Assembly: GCA_965644315.1 (NCBI GenBank)
Contig: CBFFRQ010000014.1
Span: 1-64,000, forward strand
Source of the DNA: Caecitellus pseudoparvulus
Taxonomy: Eukaryota > Protista > Bigyra: Bicosoecida
Length of the DNA stretch: 64,000 nucleotides
Reading direction: 5' to 3'
Part shown: positions 60,201 to 64,000 of the stretch, piece by piece
Numbering within the stretch: the stretch's first letter is position 1
Layout: every line of letters starts with the position of its first letter
Notes under the pieces: generated by a model
What the model saw: only the letters and a program-made list of their open reading frames with translations
Told to the model about the DNA's origin: nothing
The model's database searches: none
Translations under genes and position numbers: made by a program

Positions 60201-62487
60201 CCCAGGTTGTGTCCTGGTCCATGTTCAGGATGGGACCCACCAAGTTGCGGCCCCAGCACCGCACCCGTCGATTCAGCCCAAAGATGACGCACGAGTGGAG
60301 CTTATTCACCGTCACATCATGCACGTCGCGCACTGGGTGCTCCATATCTGCGTGGAGCGTGCCAAGGTACTCTCCGACATTTTGACTGTGCTCCCACCCC
60401 AGCAACCCGCTGGCTGAGCGCCCGAAGCAGTTCAGCCGATTCCCCACGAACACCACACAGCAAGCCGACGTTGACGCGCTACAAACCAACTTGTCGACAC
60501 GTGATCGAAGTGGGTTGTGCAGTACGTACTGCGAAGCATGCAGAGTGGTGCTGAGTTGAAGCTGCTCGTCCGTCCCAGTGCGAGCTCCGCCGGCATCCCC
60601 GCCGATTCCCCGTGACAGGACGCCACCTGCCCCAGACCCGAGGCAAGATAAATCTCCTCGTTGGCGGATGACGCAGGTCGCGCTGGCGCCCGTGGCGATG
60701 TCCACCGCCGGCCCGCCCCACCAGCTGCTTCGGTCAGAGCCTGGCTCGCCAACCTGTGAACCTCGACCAGTGACCAAGCTGCCAAGTTCTCCATCAAGGT
60801 TGGCCCCCCAACAAAACACTGCACCCCCTACACGAATGCCACAGGCGTGAGAGTTGCTGATTGACACTCGCACGAAGTCTGAGCCTGCGTTGACGACATC
60901 AGAGGGGGTCAAGGACCACGAGGGGCCACCGCCCGACCCCACATTCTGCCTGCCCCCCAAGCCCAACAGTTGCGAAGCTCCTCCCCAGCATGATATTTGT
61001 CCGTCAAGCCGCACGCCACACGCGACATCCTTGGTTCCCACTTCAACCTGGGCCATAGGAGCGGTCTGCACCAGCAGCCGGGGGCCGTACTCATGCTTGC
61101 CTTCATTAACACCCAGTGTGCCCACATTGTTGTCGCCGAAGCAAATCGTCGACGCGTTAAATAGTACTGCGCACGTCAAGTGCCTGCCAGCTGACACTTG
61201 CACAACCGGGCCAGGCAACGGCACTGAGGGCGGGATGCTCCCAAGGCCCTGCCCAGGGATCACGATCACAGTGCCAGGGCCGGTTCCACAGGCCCCATGT
61301 AGACACTGTCCCCATGCAAACACGCTTCCATCTGATCGCAGCCCAACTGCATGGGTGGTGCCCACGGATACTGCGACCCAAGGGCCCTCCACACCTGTCA
61401 TGCGCAGGTCAGGGGTGACTGGCCGCTGGTCAGAGCCGATGCTCACAAGGGTTGACGACGAAGAAATGGCGCTTCCCACAAAACCCCAGCATGCGATGGT
61501 GTGGTCTCGCTTTACAACACAAGTGTTGTGCTTGCCAGTGGACACCATGAATACCCGCCCGATGTCCACGGTCCCCCCCGCGTACAGCGTGAGCGTCGCG
61601 GGATCCCCGCCCCGGCTGATGGGTGCCTCAGACGTTCCACCCATTCCTAGGGTGAAGAAGTTGCTGGAGCCCCAGCAGGTGAGCGTGCCATCCCGGCGAA
61701 CCGCACAGGCGTGCTCGGAAGCCATGTCAATTTGCCGCAGCATGGAGGCAGCACCAGCGACCACGGGGACCTGCACGGCAGGCAGTCGCATTGAAGCTAC
61801 CGCCGTGTCGTTTCCCTCCCAAGTGCTGCTGTTCGTCGCGAGCCCTGCTACCAGAGCTGCGTCGTCTCCAACTCTGAACGCGTCGCCAGTGACTCGGAGC
61901 CAAAGCGCCTGCCCTCCTGGCTGCCCCGAGCAGCCTTCGTTGAACTGTCTGGATGGGTGGGCACAAGACACAACTTCATGTTCCAAATTCCAACGCTGCC
62001 GCCTTGTCGGTCCCTCTGCACCGTAACAATGCTGCGTGTGCAGCCACGCGTGGGAGAAGCGCACTGAAGCGTCGCTGGCGTTCCAGCCCCGTAGCTCCAG
62101 CTGCACGGCTCGCTGAACAGTCATATTCAGTGAGATTTGGGGTGCTCCAGCGGCCAGGCCTGCGGGGCTCCCTGCTGCGTCGCCTGCACACCCCAGGCGC
62201 AGAGTCGCGTTCCATGCACCATCAGAACCGTTGTCGCTTCGCGTTCCAACAAACAGCCACACGGTGAAGGATTCCCCTGGCCAAGCTGATGGGCCTTCTT
62301 CTGGTACAATGAGTGTATCCAGCATGCCCCAGTAGGGGGCGGATGTCAACGACAGGGGCAGGGCGGCGGCGTCGCTTGCGTTGTGCGGCCCGCCTGGCGC
62401 CGTCTGTGCGGAAGCTGAGCCGAGCCCCAAGATCAGCGCTAACAGCGCCCCGAGGCAGCAGCGAACGTGTCGTTGAGGAAGTGCCAT
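54220..62487 (-). CDS. Giant cell-surface protein: signal peptide, many RCC1-like repeats, tandem IPT/TIG domains, Cys-rich stalk, C-terminal multi-pass TM domain
   Basis: 2758-aa intronless ORF. Repeats (V/I)SAG..H(T/A)CA(V/I)R.DG.(V/L).CWG at about 61740-59360. IPT-like G..FG/C motifs at about 58950-56640. CEASRTGPLCAAC stalk. TM region with HLQ...FPLAWP and YGFLYAAY...YFWEA...RK. Confidence 0.88.
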   Translation of the reverse strand: MALPQRHVRCCLGALLALILGLGSASAQTAPGGPHNASDAAALPLSLTSAPYWGMLDTLIVPEEGPSAWPGESFTVWLFVGTRSDNGSDGAWNATLRLGCAGDAAGSPAGLAAGAPQISLNMTVQRAVQLELRGWNASDASVRFSHAWLHTQHCYGAEGPTRRQRWNLEHEVVSCAHPSRQFNEGCSGQPGGQALWLRVTGDAFRVGDDAALVAGLATNSSTWEGNDTAVASMRLPAVQVPVVAGAASMLRQIDMASEHACAVRRDGTLTCWGSSNFFTLGMGGTSEAPISRGGDPATLTLYAGGTVDIGRVFMVSTGKHNTCVVKRDHTIACWGFVGSAISSSSTLVSIGSDQRPVTPDLRMTGVEGPWVAVSVGTTHAVGLRSDGSVFAWGQCLHGACGTGPGTVIVIPGQGLGSIPPSVPLPGPVVQVSAGRHLTCAVLFNASTICFGDNNVGTLGVNEGKHEYGPRLLVQTAPMAQVEVGTKDVACGVRLDGQISCWGGASQLLGLGGRQNVGSGGGPSWSLTPSDVVNAGSDFVRVSISNSHACGIRVGGAVFCWGANLDGELGSLVTGRGSQVGEPGSDRSSWWGGPAVDIATGASATCVIRQRGDLSCLGSGAGGVLSRGIGGDAGGARTGTDEQLQLSTTLHASQYVLHNPLRSRVDKLVCSASTSACCVVFVGNRLNCFGRSASGLLGWEHSQNVGEYLGTLHADMEHPVRDVHDVTVNKLHSCVIFGLNRRVRCWGRNLVGPILNMDQDTTWGDSRETVLSTELLMPIGSGIVSVSAGLLSTCAVRGDAAGSVVCWGFGLSGQLGYGTLGFVGGSYTPLHPGLSVPNLGPVSMVSSGASHVCAIRRDTSVVCWGTAGDGRLGLAQSGGAIGDAPGEITPSLAVNVGGVAHVAAGSDHTCAIRLNGTLVCWGRDPLSRGYLGCGGCADRGSPSTPFLDPSSYTVDVGQVVHVDVSDTTTCVARADGSMLCWGDNTSNQLGFGGQLSQFGELAGDLNAEKSLPIGTSIAAVAAGLGFSCAQRTDGRVACWGSASGLRTYQQPAAISLLDISPDLSISWDRHRLRIVDSRFVHPSLVSLPADIDARFSPHLRAVPALATSRVHLLKDLTSMGSGPLNRADSCPGQVLVKWGTNSVCSYDPSLPVWWQRMPTASIDEVSDVSTGLWGEHIVVPGLGARIRFRGQLHWVAMWGVPQLFIGNGSVPCSQVEVPEWDQLECTVGTGVGANLSMTILSGPEAFVPVVRRGRLISYAPPRLDTVVVDSRDNPISALVADPAGGQALRLIGRNFGVDVSQAAVFVGGIECPLISAGDFSFSDGEAFCRLPSRPALQGSEGWAAGLPFQAAVRVTVGGQEAAQDVGIEIGAPLFLQASPPAVQVGHASSDNTVNVTLQGRYLGHNAIAVTSLFIAGQLCPGLVWGRPTPHVWSLTCVGLPVAGLNTSAPPIAVTAFGEAFTQLDALKIVPPPDMTPLRIISSGPGSTEHEQAITVRGIGIGAVASDVLHVEVSDWGACHSVFWVDSSEVSCMAPAGAGNAEPVRVFLAGGHFLQGSFQYAAPSVHSIWPKTLLPWKANHPGGNATMQLCTDGTRWSPPGRALTAADVAIQIAGSPCVFQAQSNATCLSCWVDTATVVSGAASSVRVRGAQASFAPGVGVQVLSLPQVSAVVPPLVSAAGGQVVEVLGIGFCRNSSSDVKVVRVGSQPAAVRSCTSTSVSVTVPRPPDSAQTASINITLVSGHSTILQDALQFTRPEVLTVLGGLVQPAPQGSQQTRNVSVTGLALDDGPRSRVRLLFGSAPGISCAQAGGELVFTSIRSLECLGFHTAALAPLASGRMADTTITIQTAQNLTAKSSLGTLRIMGPPQISELSSSSAAVNDTLTVTGSGFGLAQTDIAAVRIGARQVATFTRGSDSIVTLRVPEPASDELADVFSLDISISLTGGHTAVLPRSFSYTLAPRAPVSAPTAVCPYRDEAGAARVAFNWTDDAATLLSPVGAWHVSFGVILPGGLISRVNASTRLVSLAGGVAGDILRNVDTPRLCRGLTEQPSMLDFSVRIADAPAQPFWVAVAAGVLGESAGRVLRGPRSTEVGPLLPACAAAEYLATHELGEGRWPQVTCRPCPQGAVCNGAEWERVLAAPGWFRIPWREPDVSFEACISEEVCPGESQSPVQVPSRHYTSSAFQALPGLGAAVLNTTAAGNSSKVFSSQKQFSCEASRTGPLCAACAEGYTGQGDGSQPCIRCAPTWLNWLGVVGGVAVAGVLVAALTRSALASGGAPTKAHVALNKVLLTHLQQVGIAAAFPLAWPSELRGMFSVFDAASSVGDALISVDCLGLDSTSAFRGTQILTLLLPAALGLGILIVWRFLVPLIWQTDGSRALSCTLCRRNGEAPPAEDAHAAATASTVGPQGARQSAPQPVRETRVSNPMRARSRASSVQRALRGPAASIRAQARTPPEQGMVVSFLVMCFVLHLGLTRSALSLFTCRMIGGRAFLVGDVQISCDDPQHQAWMYGVGLPAFVVYGCGITAASLTLLWVHRATLETPATRQVYGFLYAAYAPGRYFWEAAVQGRKVALACISVLLAPAGIGAQAHFGILLMVGALAAHASLSPYRLALVNHSETASLLVTISTLAAGVSLLDQGTSAAMHAVATWSVILMNVVFIVVAAGLVAHSLLSSATVKAHLSSLRKGMSKVRLLTASAPSKSVQDFAEAEQPMTRVGQSGPSVFAVRQVGSGNRSALRPAHIARQEKGPKQSTTV

Positions 62488-62574
62488 ACCAAGCACTTAT
62501 CCGCTGCTTGGGCTCCACGCCAGTTGGCCTCCCTGCGGCCACTAAGCAAGCCCTGGCCCCAGGAACTGGAGTGC

Positions 62575-62592
62575 CGCACACACACACACACA
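62575..62592. repeat. (CA)n microsatellite in a divergent intergenic region
   Basis: cacacacacacacac run upstream of the RCC1-IPT gene. Confidence 0.7.
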
Positions 62593-63062
62593 CGGCCGCT
62601 TCGATATGTGCGGGTGCTGCAGGTACCCCTGCCTGCAAAGTGCCCACCACGGGTTTCAGCAACAAGTAGGGGGATGGGAATCACACAACTCTGAATTAAC
62701 GTGCACATGTTTCGCGGGTTTCTTTTTTTTTGGCCAGGGAGCAAGGACGCCGCGTGGCCGCGTCTGCCCATGGCACTCGGACGCTGTGGCGTGCTTTCAG
62801 GCATTCCAAGTCCAGCCCCCGGACACATCATTCTGCTCAACAAATATCCTTCCTCAATTTGTGTTTCGTCTTTCCCCTGAAGCCCTTTGCGTCTGGCCTG
62901 CTCCTCATAGCATCCAGCTCGGCGCGTTCAGCAGCGTTTCACGCTGGCGTTTCGTCAAGCAAGTGGCTCGAGCAGCAATCGTTCATTGCACAGCTGCCGC
63001 GTCAGAATCCCTTCAGATCTTCCTCTTGTTGAAGTCAACAGATAGGTATTTTCTCCGGAGAC

Positions 63063-64000
63063 ATGAGTGCGGCTGTTTCTGTGGCCGCCCCTGTTGATTC
63101 AGCTGGGCCAACGTTGGGAAAGCCAGCATCTCCTAGCAACGCAACTGCCGCAGCGAGCCCCCCACTCGTGCAAGCGGCACAGCCAGACCAGAGCACCCCG
63201 CACGCCAGTGACTGTAGGTGCAAGGCATGCCATGTCTTCAGTGCAAGCGCTCAGACACGTCTCTCTGCTGCTGTAAATGGCTCAGATTCCCCAGCTACAG
63301 CTCCTCGAACGAGTGGCGCCGATGGCTCCGGCGGCAATGCTGCTGGGCAGAAGGGGGGCCACCGCAGGAAGCGGCGCCGCACGCGAGGCCGAGGTAAACG
63401 GGGCGCCAGTAAGAAGACTCACGCAACAGATGAGCTTGGCCACGCGCCCTGTCCCGATTCTGCCGCCGAGGGGGTGTTGCCGGGCAGCGGGACTGCGAAG
63501 GCAAGTGCCACGCCCACGCCTGCCGCTGCAGCCCACGGGGCCCCTTCACAGCCCCCGTGCAAGCCATCTCGTTACGCGCAGGTATTTGAGCTGCTGCAGG
63601 GCGGGGCCACCTTCGCTGCGAACAGTGACGCCTTCGAGCAGTGGAGCGAGGAAGAGGAGGACATGGAGGAGGACCCCATGAGCGGCATCCCGGGGCTCTT
63701 GACCATGCCTTCTGATGACTCCCTCGTGGCACCAGCCCCCGCTGGCGCGCACCCTTTGCTGAGCATGCAGCCCCCCCTGGCTGCCACGGTGTGCCACCCC
63801 GGCACGCCCCCTTCCACAACCTCTAGCTCTCATCAAGGTGGCACTGGGTGCCAGGCTGAGGCTCTGGCAGGCTCAGCACCGCTTGTACAAGCTGGCCCTG
63901 CGACGCCCGCGAGGCAACGCAGTGTGAGCTGTGACTCCAGCACGGGCGCCGAGCCAGGGGAGTTTGCCAGCATGTCGCGCCAAGAACTCATCCGTGAGAT
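63063..64000 (+). CDS. Hypothetical protein, partial (open to window end); basic NLS-like and acidic tracts
   Basis: ATG at 63063 opens a stop-free frame of 312 codons to position 64000 (absent from the ORF track because it has no stop): MSAAVSVAAP...HRRKRRRTRGRGKRG...EEEEDMEED...SMSRQELIRE. Possible GC-AG in-frame intron 63501-63581. Confidence 0.65.
   Translation, partial: MSAAVSVAAPVDSAGPTLGKPASPSNATAAASPPLVQAAQPDQSTPHASDCRCKACHVFSASAQTRLSAAVNGSDSPATAPRTSGADGSGGNAAGQKGGHRRKRRRTRGRGKRGASKKTHATDELGHAPCPDSAAEGVLPGSGTAKASATPTPAAAAHGAPSQPPCKPSRYAQVFELLQGGATFAANSDAFEQWSEEEEDMEEDPMSGIPGLLTMPSDDSLVAPAPAGAHPLLSMQPPLAATVCHPGTPPSTTSSSHQGGTGCQAEALAGSAPLVQAGPATPARQRSVSCDSSTGAEPGEFASMSRQELIRE

Overview
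Compact, GC-rich eukaryotic chromosomal DNA read in the standard genetic code. It holds about 21 complete and 2 partial protein-coding genes, with short spliceosomal introns (mostly 60-95 nt, donors typically GTGCGT or GTGAG, at least one GC-AG) and very short intergenic gaps. Gene content and architecture, especially an oomycete-type GPCR-PIP kinase fusion, suggest a heterotrophic stramenopile such as a bicosoecid (inference). Recognisable genes: folylpolyglutamate synthase, a 3xWCGHC membrane PDI, a Tim17/22/23-family protein, Rpn11, a ZNF474-like C2HC protein, a U-box protein, acetyl-CoA acetyltransferase, an ankyrin protein, an omega/lambda GST, GPCR-PIPK, COMMD9, a TPR protein, a CCDC177-like protein, an EamA/SLC35G transporter and a giant RCC1-IPT-multi-TM surface protein. 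I saw no RNA genes, CRISPR arrays, transposases or viral inserts. Most notable observations: (1) two neighbouring paralogues share an unrecognised N-terminal CxxC...HxRC domain that is visible only after splicing; (2) an AATRCA motif lies just downstream of about half of the stop codons and forms the palindrome AATGCATT between two convergent gene pairs, a candidate non-canonical poly(A) signal; (3) a PDZ-PDZ protein carries a split Spp1/CFP1-like C-terminal Zn module. All gene models were built by eye, without database searches.
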